The notes under the pieces are model-generated. The model was not told where the DNA came from, made no database searches, and saw only the letters and a list, made by a program, of their open reading frames with translations. Position numbers and translations under genes: made by a program. From Candidatus Hecatella orcuttiae (GTDB taxonomy: Archaea > Thermoproteota > Bathyarchaeia > Hecatellales > Hecatellaceae), in NCBI GenBank assembly GCA_002011035.2, contig MTLY02000002.1, positions 288,001 through 352,000 on the forward strand: DNA of 64,000 bases. The letters run 5' to 3'. Position 1 is the stretch's first letter; each line of letters starts with the position of its first letter. Positions 29,817-39,054 of the stretch are shown one piece after another.

Positions 29817-29920
29817 AATTTTCACCGAGCAATTTTCCGTTTTAAAGGCAGCCGCCTGAGTTAAGTTTTCCCAGCCTTATCCTCTGACGCGGGGATGGAA
29901 AGGTCTCGATGGGAAGGCGG

Positions 29921-30223
29921 CTACCTCTGGATTTTCCGATTATCTTTCGTTAAATCCTTTTCAAATTTTTTGCAACTGCTTATGATGGCCTTGAACACGT
30001 TGACGGCGTACTTGCTTTCAAGCTTTTTCTTTTCCGCCATTACCGCCACTCTCGACAAAACTTGAGCTTCCCTAGGGCGGTCGATGGTTGGGATTCCCAG
30101 CTTCTGCTTCGCTTTCGAAATTTTTTTGACGAGTTTAAACCTTTCCGCCAGCAGAGCCACAATTCTCGAGTCAACTCTGTCGATCTTTTTCCTAAGCTCT
30201 GCCAGTTCCTTGGCTTTGGGCAT
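29921..30223 (-). CDS. Chorismate mutase (AroQ type)
   Basis: LRKKID.VD..IV.LL.ER, K, D..RE. Confidence 0.9.
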   Translation of the reverse strand: MPKAKELAELRKKIDRVDSRIVALLAERFKLVKKISKAKQKLGIPTIDRPREAQVLSRVAVMAEKKKLESKYAVNVFKAIISSCKKFEKDLTKDNRKIQR

Positions 30224-30278
30224 AAAAAAAGGTCGACGTTTTCCAATTAAAGTTTTAACAGGCTTCCATGGTCTTCCC

Positions 30279-31040
30279 TCAGTCTAGGGGAAGCTTGAAG
30301 AAGCGCAGCGTGTTTTCAAAAGTCTCCTCAGCTATTTTCTCCCTAGACATGTTCTTCACACTCGCTACTCCCTCCAAGGTTTTAAGAATGTCCGCTGGCT
30401 CTGAAGGTTTACCTCCATAGCTGACGGGGGAATCTGTTTCTAGGAGAAGACGACTCAGAGGCGTGCTCAGGACGGCTTTCCTGTGTTCTCTGCTGTAGGC
30501 TACAGCGGGGGTTGCTGAAACATAGTAGCCGTGGCTTAGCAGGTTTTCTAGAACCTCTTGGGGGCCGCTGAACCAGTGGAAGACAGCTTCTTCAACCCCG
30601 AGTTCTATGGCCATCTTCAAGCTGTCGCCCCACGCTCCTCGGCTGTGAATGATCACCGGCTTCCCGTTGCTCTCCGCCATTTTCAAAAACTCTTCGAAGA
30701 CTTTTCTCTGCAAAGCCTGCTTTTCCCGGTCTCTTCTCGTTTCCTTGTACCAGTAGTCTAGACCTACCTCTCCGACGGCTACAGCTTTCCCGAGATTTCG
30801 GCGGATAAATTCCATGGTGGAATCTAAGGTTGAAGGATTCAGACTCCAAGGGTGGATGCCTAGGGCAGCGTAGACTTTCGGGCGCAGCGGCTTCTCCGCC
30901 AGTTCTAGGGCGAACTTGCTGGAGTGGTAGTCGGAGCCCACGGCGATGATCGCTTTCACGCCCGCCTCCCACGCTCTTCTCAAGGCTTGTTCCAGTTCTT
31001 CCACTTCTTCCAGGTGGGCGTGAGCGTCCACCAGCCTCAA
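30279..31040 (-). CDS. tatD: TatD family hydrolase
   Basis: DAHAH, GIHP, GEVGLD, IHSR, H, ETDSP. Confidence 0.95.
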   Translation of the reverse strand: MRLVDAHAHLEEVEELEQALRRAWEAGVKAIIAVGSDYHSSKFALELAEKPLRPKVYAALGIHPWSLNPSTLDSTMEFIRRNLGKAVAVGEVGLDYWYKETRRDREKQALQRKVFEEFLKMAESNGKPVIIHSRGAWGDSLKMAIELGVEEAVFHWFSGPQEVLENLLSHGYYVSATPAVAYSREHRKAVLSTPLSRLLLETDSPVSYGGKPSEPADILKTLEGVASVKNMSREKIAEETFENTLRFFKLPLD

Positions 31041-31100
31041 CGTTTGAAACCTTCTCCATGCCTAGATTTCTGCCGAAAAAATTCTACTCTGCTTTTAGGC

Positions 31101-32375
31101 TTAGGCTTCGAAATCCTGTGAAAGTAACGCAGCAGCTTCGGTTCTGCTGAAGAGGATAACTTCCACTTCCTCCCCCTGTTTGAGGATGGTTCCAGCTTGG
31201 ATGATGATGAATCCGTGAGCCTTGGTCAGCGAACTTATGGGGTGCGGCCCTCTGAAGGTAGACTTGACTGTAAACGTTGCGCCCTCCCTCTCCAAGCGGA
31301 CGGGCATGAAGAAGCTTCTTCCCGGCCCTGCCTTGGCATCATGTCCCATCTTGGCTTTGACAACCGGCAGCAGGGATGCGGAAACCCCGCTGAGCATCTG
31401 AAGCACGGGAACAGCGAAATAGTAGAAGGTTCCGATCAAAGGCACATATCTCCCCGGCAGGCACACCACGGGTTTACCTCCTGCCACCGCCAACGTGGTG
31501 AGCCAAGGCGGAATCAAGGCAACTCCCCGGACGATGACCCCGGGAGGGTCTAGAGCGTTCAAGGCTTGGGGGACAAAGTCTTCCTTCCCCACTGAAAGTC
31601 CTCCGATGGTGAGGATGAGGTCGGCTTTCTCAGCCGCTGAGAGCAACGCCTCCCTGATGCTGGCGACTTCGTCTCCCACCACCTCCGGCATGGGAAGGGC
31701 TCCGAGGTCGAAGAGCAGCTTCGAGATAAGCATGGAAAATCCGCCTACGGCTTCCGCAGAGGTCTTCTCAGCCAGCTTCACCAGTTCATTTCCCACGGAG
31801 ATGACAGCCACCTTAGGCTTTTTGACCACCGGGACTTCCCACTTGTCCAAGGCTAAAAGCAAAGCCAAATCCTGCGGCCTCAGAAGGCAGCCTTTCCTAA
31901 GGACGGGCGTCCCTTCCCTTATATCGTCTCCTTTGGGGAGAATGCCCAACCCGGCTCTGAAAGGGCGGTTGACGATGATTTCCCCGTCTCCCACCTCCAA
32001 GCTTTCCAAGGACACCACTACGTCAGCGCCTTCAGGCACCTCCATGTAATGGGAAACATACACAGCTTGCCCCGGAGAAACCTTCACGGCTGAGGGTTGC
32101 CCTGGGATAATTTTCCCTGCGATTTTAAGCCTGACAGGTTTCTCAGCTGAAGCGCCTTGAACATCCTCCGCCCTGAGGGCGTAGCCGTCGAGGAAGACCA
32201 GATTGGCGGAGGGCACGTTCACCTCCGAAACGATGTCCCTAGCCAACACTCTGCCCAAAGCTTCCTGAAGAGGTACGAGTTCCTCCCCCAAAACCTTAGG
32301 TTGAGTCTTTTCTAAGAACCCGTCCAACGCCTCTTTTGGTGGAACAAGCTTCCAGCCTAAACCTTCCATCGTCAA
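31101..32375 (-). CDS. moeA: Molybdopterin molybdotransferase MoeA-like protein (divergent)
   Basis: ALGRVLA.DI, DGYA, G.D...G, S.G.EL, GG.SVG..D, LPG. Confidence 0.85.
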   Translation of the reverse strand: MTMEGLGWKLVPPKEALDGFLEKTQPKVLGEELVPLQEALGRVLARDIVSEVNVPSANLVFLDGYALRAEDVQGASAEKPVRLKIAGKIIPGQPSAVKVSPGQAVYVSHYMEVPEGADVVVSLESLEVGDGEIIVNRPFRAGLGILPKGDDIREGTPVLRKGCLLRPQDLALLLALDKWEVPVVKKPKVAVISVGNELVKLAEKTSAEAVGGFSMLISKLLFDLGALPMPEVVGDEVASIREALLSAAEKADLILTIGGLSVGKEDFVPQALNALDPPGVIVRGVALIPPWLTTLAVAGGKPVVCLPGRYVPLIGTFYYFAVPVLQMLSGVSASLLPVVKAKMGHDAKAGPGRSFFMPVRLEREGATFTVKSTFRGPHPISSLTKAHGFIIIQAGTILKQGEEVEVILFSRTEAAALLSQDFEA

Positions 32376-32456
32376 TTCCTCAGGTCAAATAAATGTTTCA
32401 GTATTAAAAAGACCTGCCCCTAGAAAAGATTATCTGCAGAGCTGAAAAAAGACCCT

Positions 32457-32648
32457 CTATTTCTTTCTTTTAACCTTCTGTTTTCGCTGGGGTTTTCGGC
32501 TTTTAGACCGCGACTTAGGCGTAGGCTTCTTTTTCAGGGAGCGCTTGGAAGAAGTTTTAATTCCCCTTTTTCTCCGATACATAGCTCGAACGGTGTTTAC
32601 CGCCATTTTTCTCCGGGATAGGGGGTTGTCTCCCAGTCTCTTGCTCAT
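32457..32648 (-). CDS. Small, highly basic ParA-partner protein (63 aa)
   Basis: ATGA overlap with the parA stop; N-terminal KRLGDNPL motif; K/R-rich tail. Confidence 0.7.
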   Translation of the reverse strand: MSKRLGDNPLSRRKMAVNTVRAMYRRKRGIKTSSKRSLKKKPTPKSRSKSRKPQRKQKVKRKK

Positions 32649-33394
32649 CCTACAAACTCCTTGGCCAAGTTCAGATAAGCTTTCGCCCCCGTGCTTCTGG
32701 GAGCATAGGTTATGATAGGCTGGTGGTGGCTGGGCGACTCCGCCAACTTCACGTTGATGGGAATCACGGTCTTGAAAACTTTACCCCTGAAGGCGTTTCT
32801 AACCTTTTCCTCCACTTCCTTGGACAGGGAAGTTCGCCTGTCGTACATGGTCAGGACGATGCCCTTGACTGAAAGGTTAGGGTTAAGGTCTTCCTTGATG
32901 GTGTTAACGGTGTCCAGCAGTTTGGTAACACCGTCCATGGCAAAATAATGAGTCTGAATGGGAATAATAACCTGGTCGCAGGCGGTTAAGGCGTTAACCG
33001 TCAAAAGCCCCAGGGAAGGAGGAGTGTCGATGAAAACATAGTCAAACCCGTCTAAAGCCTTCAACTTCCGCTTAAGCCTGAACTGCATGTTAACCTCGTT
33101 GGCCAGCTGAACCTGGGCAGCGCTTAATCCTATGCTGGAGGGAGCCAAACTTAGGTTGGGGAAGTCGGTCTTCAGGGTGATGTCTTCCAGTTTAATCTCA
33201 TCCTTCATCAGCAGGTCGCAGGTGGAACTTTGGGGGTTATTTCTCGTCAGATAGTCGGTGGCGTTGGCCTGAGGGTCCAAGTCGACCAGCAACGTGTTGA
33301 AAGAGAAAGAAGACAGAGAAGCAGCTAGGTTGACGCAGAGGTCCGTTTTCCCTACGCCGCCCTTCTGGTTGGCTATGGCGATTTTAACGGTCAT
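32645..33394 (-). CDS. parA: ParA/Soj family ATPase
   Basis: NQKGGVGKT, DLDPQAN, IDTPPSLG, LTMYD.RT, LAESPS. Confidence 0.95.
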   Translation of the reverse strand: MTVKIAIANQKGGVGKTDLCVNLAASLSSFSFNTLLVDLDPQANATDYLTRNNPQSSTCDLLMKDEIKLEDITLKTDFPNLSLAPSSIGLSAAQVQLANEVNMQFRLKRKLKALDGFDYVFIDTPPSLGLLTVNALTACDQVIIPIQTHYFAMDGVTKLLDTVNTIKEDLNPNLSVKGIVLTMYDRRTSLSKEVEEKVRNAFRGKVFKTVIPINVKLAESPSHHQPIITYAPRSTGAKAYLNLAKEFVG

Positions 33395-33849
33395 ATAGGA
33401 GCTCTCTCCTCTAATTTTCGCAGTAAATTATAATAACCTTTAACCACGCTAAGAAGTCCTTTCAGCTGAAAACGACCCGCTTGCCATGAAAATCCGTTGA
33501 AATTTTTTTCTCCAAAAAAGATGTACTTCCGTCTATTTTTTTACTGAAATATGTAAAAAGCAACCCCAAATTAGGCTGCGTATTCTCCTCCGGGCAAGTC
33601 TTCGAAGCTTCCACATCCGCTGCCAACCAAGAGCCCTTATTCCCTCTAATTGGGGGATGTTGCCGTTTAAGTTTGTCAGATAACTGTATAATTTCCTCCC
33701 AACCAGCCGTTGATTTCCACGTCTAACCTCCCATCCCACAGGAGAAATCGCCTGAAAACCCTGCTTCAAACCCCCTTTCTCAAGGATGAAACGTAATAAA
33801 ATATCACCTAGAAAGATTGCTTGACGAGAAGGAAAGGGGAGGTGATCCT

Positions 33850-33978
33850 TTGTCTGAAGGACCCAGAGAAGGAGAAATAAAAATCATCGAAAGGAAGGGA
33901 AGAAAAATCACCATGGTGGCCACCGGTAAAAAGGGATTCGGAGCTTGGAAGATCATCAAAAACGAACCCCTAACCTAA
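33850..33978 (+). CDS. Unannotated 42-aa basic microprotein MSEGPREGEIKIIERKGRKITMVATGKKGFGAWKIIKNEPLT
   Basis: Near-perfect SD GGAGGTGATC directly before TTG; purine-rich coding-like composition; followed by a hairpin and T-runs. Confidence 0.7.
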   Translation: MSEGPREGEIKIIERKGRKITMVATGKKGFGAWKIIKNEPLT

Positions 33979-34046
33979 CCACCCTATCTCCGCCTAGGTT
34001 TTTTGGCGGCAAACAATTTTTCTCCCTAGTTTTTCAAAAAATCGAA

Positions 34047-34200
34047 TGGTGCCCAGGGCAGGGTTTGAACCTGCGATTGGGCCGGCCTTTGGTCAAGGGC
34101 GGAAGGCCGTCAACCCGGTCTTCAGCTTCACCTACCACCTGCCTTGAGGCGGTATCGGGCGCTCTCCTTAGCCTTTGAGATCAGGCTGAGCTACCTGGGC
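34047..34200 (-). tRNA. tRNA-Phe: tRNA-Phe(GAA) with three introns (18/19, 30/31, 46/47), CCA encoded
   Basis: Removing 34181..34168, 34155..34127 and 34110..34077 gives a perfect 77-nt cloverleaf GCCCAGG...CCCGG-CTGAAGA-CCGGG...TTCAAAC...CCTGGGC-ACCA; BHB/HBh motifs at each junction; BRE/TATA upstream. Confidence 0.93.
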
Positions 34201-34377
34201 TCAAACATGTGGACGCAGTTTGGGCACATAAATCTTTCTATGAATCTTTCAGGACAACTCTCCTTTTGTTCATGCGGAGTAAGGGTTACAGTGCCCTTGG
34301 GTAGTGTTGACTTGGAGGGGCTTTCCACTATGCAAATGCTTTAAAGGAGGTGGTGGGTTAAGTTCTGCGAAGTCTCT

Positions 34378-36282
34378 TTGGAGGAAATTGCTGTGAAGGA
34401 TGCCGCCCCCGGCTTCGGAGAAATACTCAAAACCCGGCTGGATGAGGAAGCTTATCGAAGGCTTCTAAGAATAGATAACCCTGCGCTCCACCACTTTGTG
34501 GCAAAATATGTGGAACTCTGCAATCCGGACAGGGTTTACGTCTCCCAGGGCTCGGCGGAGGATATAGAATACATAAAGAATACGGCGGTGAAAAACGGGG
34601 AAGAAATCAAGCTTGCCACAGAAGGCCATACCGTTCACTTCGACAACTACAAGGACCAAGCGAGAGACCGGGAGCACACGTTGCTGCTCGTCTCCAAGGG
34701 GAGGGAGCTAGGCCCTAAGCTGAGGACAGGGGACAGAGAAGAGAAGCTGAAGGAAATTCACGAAATCCTGAAAAACATCATGCAAGGCCATGAGCTCTAT
34801 GTTTGCTTTTACACCCTAGGCCCAGCGGGCTCGGAGTTCACTATACCCTGTGTTCAGCTCACAGACTCCAGTTATGTGGCTCACAGTGAAAACATTCTCT
34901 ACAGGCAGGGATACGAAGAATTCGTCAGGCAGGGCCGCCAAGCCCGACCGTTTAAGTTTGTCCATTCCCAAGGCAAACTGGATGAGAGGAAAACCTCCAC
35001 GAACCTAGACAAGCGCAGAATATACATCGACATCGAAGGTGACACTGTGTACAGTGCTAACACCCAGTACGGCGGCAACTCCATCGGCCTCAAGAAGTTG
35101 GCCATGCGTTTGGCGATAAACCGCGCGTCCAAGGAAGGTTGGTTGACGGAGCACATGCTCATCATGGGCATCCATGGGCCGAAAGGCAGAGTGACCTACT
35201 TCACCGGAGCTTTTCCCTCCATGTGCGGGAAAACCTCCACGGCCATGCTGGACGGTGAGACCATTGTAGGCGACGACATAGCCTACCTTCGAAAGAAAAA
35301 TGGCCGGGTTCGCGCCGTCAACGTGGAGAAAGGCGTTTTCGGAATAATTCAGGGAATTAACTCCAAAGATGACCCCATCCAATGGGAGGTGCTCCACAGC
35401 CCGGTGGAGGTGATTTTCTCCAACGTCCTCGTCACCGAAGACGGCCATGTGCACTGGACAGGGAAGGACGGCGAGGTTCCCCTGCGAGGCTACAACCATT
35501 CCGGTGAATGGTGGAAAGGTAAAAAAGACGAGAAGGGTAAAGAAATCCCCTGCTCCCATCCTAACGCTAGGTTCACCGTGGAATTAAAATATTTCAAGAA
35601 TCTAGATCCCCGCCTCGACGACCCTGAAGGAGTTGTGTTAGACGCCATTGTGTACGGCGGGAGAGATTCAAACACTTGGGTGCCAGTGGAGGAATCCTTC
35701 AACTGGGAGCACGGAATCATCACCAAGGGAGCCTCCCTAGAATCCGAAAGCACAGCCGCCACCTTAGGCGCGGAGGGCGTTCGGGAGTTTAATCCTATGT
35801 CGAACCTGGACTTTCTGTCGATACCCATCGGCCGATATATCGAGGACAACATCAACTTCGGCAAAGACTTGGCGAAGCCGCCTCGCATCTTCGCCGTTAA
35901 CTATTTTCTGAAAGGTGAAGATGGAAACTTCTTGACTGAGAAGACGGATAAGAAAGTTTGGTTTAAATGGATGGAGCTTCGTGTCCACGAAGATGTGGGC
36001 GCCATAGACACGCCTACTGGGAGGATACCTGTCTACGAAGACTTGAGGAAGCTGTTCCAGCTGGTGCTCGACAGACACTACGCTAAGGAAGCCTACATTA
36101 AACAGTTCACTGTCAGAGTTCAGGAAAACTTGGCTAAGATCGACCGAATAACCAAAATTTACAGGGAGTTAACCAGTGTACCTTCAAGGGTGTTCGAGGT
36201 GCTTGAAGAACAGAGGCAGAGGCTCATCCGAGCTAGAGAGAAGTATGGAGATTACATATCGCCCTTCGAACTCGCTTCTTAG
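34378..36282 (+). CDS. pckG: Phosphoenolpyruvate carboxykinase (GTP)
   Basis: YGGNSIGLKK, WL.EHM, AFPS.CGKT, VGDDIA, HPNARF. Confidence 0.97.
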   Translation: MEEIAVKDAAPGFGEILKTRLDEEAYRRLLRIDNPALHHFVAKYVELCNPDRVYVSQGSAEDIEYIKNTAVKNGEEIKLATEGHTVHFDNYKDQARDREHTLLLVSKGRELGPKLRTGDREEKLKEIHEILKNIMQGHELYVCFYTLGPAGSEFTIPCVQLTDSSYVAHSENILYRQGYEEFVRQGRQARPFKFVHSQGKLDERKTSTNLDKRRIYIDIEGDTVYSANTQYGGNSIGLKKLAMRLAINRASKEGWLTEHMLIMGIHGPKGRVTYFTGAFPSMCGKTSTAMLDGETIVGDDIAYLRKKNGRVRAVNVEKGVFGIIQGINSKDDPIQWEVLHSPVEVIFSNVLVTEDGHVHWTGKDGEVPLRGYNHSGEWWKGKKDEKGKEIPCSHPNARFTVELKYFKNLDPRLDDPEGVVLDAIVYGGRDSNTWVPVEESFNWEHGIITKGASLESESTAATLGAEGVREFNPMSNLDFLSIPIGRYIEDNINFGKDLAKPPRIFAVNYFLKGEDGNFLTEKTDKKVWFKWMELRVHEDVGAIDTPTGRIPVYEDLRKLFQLVLDRHYAKEAYIKQFTVRVQENLAKIDRITKIYRELTSVPSRVFEVLEEQRQRLIRAREKYGDYISPFELAS

Positions 36283-36303
36283 GCGTTTGGAGTGTTTAAA
36301 ACT

Positions 36304-37794
36304 CTATCCTAGGCTTTTTCTCAGCAGCCCTAAGTGGATTATCAGCTTCCTAGAACCTTCAGCCACGCTTGAATTAGGCCCTTTTAGTAAGGCGGCCAGA
36401 TAGGGTTCCAAGAGAAGGAGGAAAGTCGTATAGTTTTCATCAGGCTCTATCTCAAGTTTGAGTATCCGCTTGGTTTTTTCCACATCTTTTTCCAGAAGCC
36501 GGGAAACATGACTTCCTATGAACTTTGATGCCACTTTAAAATTCAAAAACTTGCCAGCTTTCTTCAAGTCGGAGGTTAAGCCGAGATAGTGTTCTCTTAA
36601 AAACTGAAGCTGCTTGGAGGTCAGTTTCTCCAAGAAGGCTCCGACGCCTAAGAATTCGGGGGGAAGACCTATGGTGTAGAATGCTGCTGTGGTTTTTATG
36701 ACTCGGGGAAGAAGGTAAGGCTTGTGCTCGTTTAAAGTTCTTCCATATTTGACGTCGGAATCTATCGACAGCCTATCTCTCTGGTTAGGGATAAATTTAG
36801 AAATTCTCACGATTATATCCATGAGCTTCGCGAGATGTTTCCGGTAGGACCTAGTTGCCAGTTGGATCATCTTCACCATACTTTCCACATCCTTTTCATC
36901 GAATATTGTAGGTTGAGTTTTGGGAATTTCAGCTCGGAGATGCCTGATCAACCGCTTGACTTTTTCCTTAGGATAGTCGTATCTCAAAGCTGACTGCACG
37001 GTTACAGTTTTGATGCCGCTGTATTCTTTCAAAAAGTTCTCGATGTTCTCAGGTGTAAGGTGTCCTCTGAAAGGTAGGCTTCCGACGCCCAGAATCGGGT
37101 AAATGGGGACGTTTAAATCTTCTGATGATAGACCCAGCTTGCTTAAGGCTATTTTAGCTGCGAGAACAGCAGCTACTAAGCCGCACATCATGGCTGGGTC
37201 TGACCTGCCTATGAAAACCCTTAACCTTTCAGGTTTTCCAGCTTTATTGACGTAAGCCTTTACAGTTCTATCGATGTTGAGCAGTGCAGAAACGGATTCG
37301 AACAGAGGTATGATGCTCATGTCTTCAGGTTTGAGTTTGGCTCCCAGCTCGTTCTTAGCCAAGCTTATTGCCTGATTCATTCTACTTTTAGCGCCCAGCA
37401 GTTCACCGACATCCTTTGTCATAGGGTGAATTATCTCGATTACCGCCGGGCTGTCAAGTGTATTCTGGGTCAGATAGTTAGCTTCGATCGCCGCCATTAC
37501 GGACATGATCTGACGGAAAGCTGTTTCCTCCCTTGCACTGGGCATTCTCGGGGTTACGAAAATGTCTCTACCCGGCTTCAGTTTGCTTTCCACAGCCTTG
37601 AGAACTATCTGCGACACCTGATGGTACGGTGTGAGTTTACCTTCATAGTCAACCTTGTATTCGTCGCAGTGGAGTCTCTCCCTATAGCCGTTGAGAAAAG
37701 CCTCCAACGCCTCATCGACTTCCTCCTGTACGGGAACGTATTTTTTGGCAGAATCGGGATGCTGGGTTGCCATTACCGTTGGTACGCCGCCCAT
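36304..37794 (-). CDS. ppcA: Archaeal-type phosphoenolpyruvate carboxylase (start likely ATG 37794)
   Basis: MATQHPD, DYEGK, IPLFE, RVFIGRSDPA, G.GSLPFRG, LPR.I. Confidence 0.95.
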   Translation of the reverse strand: MGGVPTVMATQHPDSAKKYVPVQEEVDEALEAFLNGYRERLHCDEYKVDYEGKLTPYHQVSQIVLKAVESKLKPGRDIFVTPRMPSAREETAFRQIMSVMAAIEANYLTQNTLDSPAVIEIIHPMTKDVGELLGAKSRMNQAISLAKNELGAKLKPEDMSIIPLFESVSALLNIDRTVKAYVNKAGKPERLRVFIGRSDPAMMCGLVAAVLAAKIALSKLGLSSEDLNVPIYPILGVGSLPFRGHLTPENIENFLKEYSGIKTVTVQSALRYDYPKEKVKRLIRHLRAEIPKTQPTIFDEKDVESMVKMIQLATRSYRKHLAKLMDIIVRISKFIPNQRDRLSIDSDVKYGRTLNEHKPYLLPRVIKTTAAFYTIGLPPEFLGVGAFLEKLTSKQLQFLREHYLGLTSDLKKAGKFLNFKVASKFIGSHVSRLLEKDVEKTKRILKLEIEPDENYTTFLLLLEPYLAALLKGPNSSVAEGSRKLIIHLGLLRKSLG

Positions 37795-38040
37795 CTGCGA
37801 AAACCTTACCGAGAATGGAAAAAGGCCTTCTACATAAGTCTTCTCTTCAAAGCTGAAAACATCCAAACCTTGACGGTCAAGGCGCCTCGAATTTTCATCT
37901 GCAAGTATTCTCATAAACACAATATGCTTTCCTCATGGTTCATGTTGACTGTTTCGAGTTGAATTGGAGACAGAGGCCTATTCCATTTGTGTATCTGTGG
38001 AGGAATAGAATTTATAGGCTCATGTCCAAAGATGATAGGT

Positions 38041-38697
38041 ATGGTCCGGGTTCTCAAGGCCGTCTACGATTCTATACTGAATCTCGAGGTAGAGGACATA
38101 GCTTCCTTAGTCCAGAAGGCATTAGATGAGGGAATAAGCGTCCCTCAAATTCTAGACAAGATGACGGAGGCCATGAGAACAGTTGGCAGAAAATTTGAGA
38201 ACATGGAATATTTTCTCGCAGACCTTCTCATGGCGGCGGAAGCCTTCAAGCAAGGTTTCCAGATACTGAAACCTCATCTTCAAACTTTCCGACGCTCAGA
38301 GCCTTTGGCGACCGTGGTCATCGGCACGGTGAAGGGGGACATCCACGACATCGGCAAGAACATGGTGTCCACCATGCTCACCGTGGAAGGCTTCCAGGTG
38401 ATGGACTTGGGTGTGGACATCCCGGCTGAAAAATTTGTGGAAGAAACTGAAAAAACTGGTGCTGAAATCCTAGCTCTGTCCGCCTTGCTTTCCACATCCC
38501 TGAAAAGCATCGAAGAAGTTATAGGGCTTCTGGAGGAAAAAAATCTGAAGGGCAAGGTTAAAGTCATCCTAGGCGGCACAGCTGTGACAAGGGATTTTGC
38601 TAGACAGGTTCACGCCGCCTATGCAGAGGATGCTGTTCAAGCCGTGGAGATGTGCAAAAAGCTGGCAGGAAAAGTTTTCCTTCAACCTAAAACTTAA
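38041..38697 (+). CDS. Methyltransferase cognate corrinoid protein (MtbC/MttC-like)
   Basis: GTVKGDIHDIGKN, DLG.D, SAL, GG motifs plus B12 cap domain. Confidence 0.93.
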   Translation: MVRVLKAVYDSILNLEVEDIASLVQKALDEGISVPQILDKMTEAMRTVGRKFENMEYFLADLLMAAEAFKQGFQILKPHLQTFRRSEPLATVVIGTVKGDIHDIGKNMVSTMLTVEGFQVMDLGVDIPAEKFVEETEKTGAEILALSALLSTSLKSIEEVIGLLEEKNLKGKVKVILGGTAVTRDFARQVHAAYAEDAVQAVEMCKKLAGKVFLQPKT

Positions 38698-39054
38698 TAT
38701 GAGATGCTGATGAAATAATTAACGATCGAGTTAACCGGACGGGTAAGTTAAAGTAGCCTCAGGCTGCTTAGCTTTTCTCCAACGGTTTAAGCTCGAAAAA
38801 GGAAAAGGCTTTTTCGCCTTGAAAGCAGCGAAAGAAAAGAGATAAGTCAAACCGTAAGGAAACGAAATCCGAGTCGAAGTCTATGTTTTATCAACAGATA
38901 AGTTTTGGTGACACGCTTTCTTTGAAAGAGCACAGTTTAACCAGGTTTCCGAGGTTTTCTGCTGCCACTCTTCGCTTCCATTTGAAGCAAGCCAAGTTGG
39001 AAGAATTGAAACCTGTCTGGTTGCGGATGCGAAAGAAAGGGGGTGAAACGTTCA

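Noticed and set aside
33450-33769. ORF 33533..33769 or a degraded gene remnant
   Set aside because: No recognisable motifs in any frame; cannot support either a CDS or a pseudogene call
32457-34046. Integrated element at the 3' end of tRNA-Phe
   Set aside because: parA and orphan ORFs are suggestive, but I found no integrase and no duplicated tRNA 3' end (att site) in the window
37987-38697. Pyrrolysine or selenocysteine recoding near the corrinoid gene or elsewhere
   Set aside because: No in-frame TAG/TGA-interrupted methyltransferase or oxidoreductase; no pyl or sel genes seen
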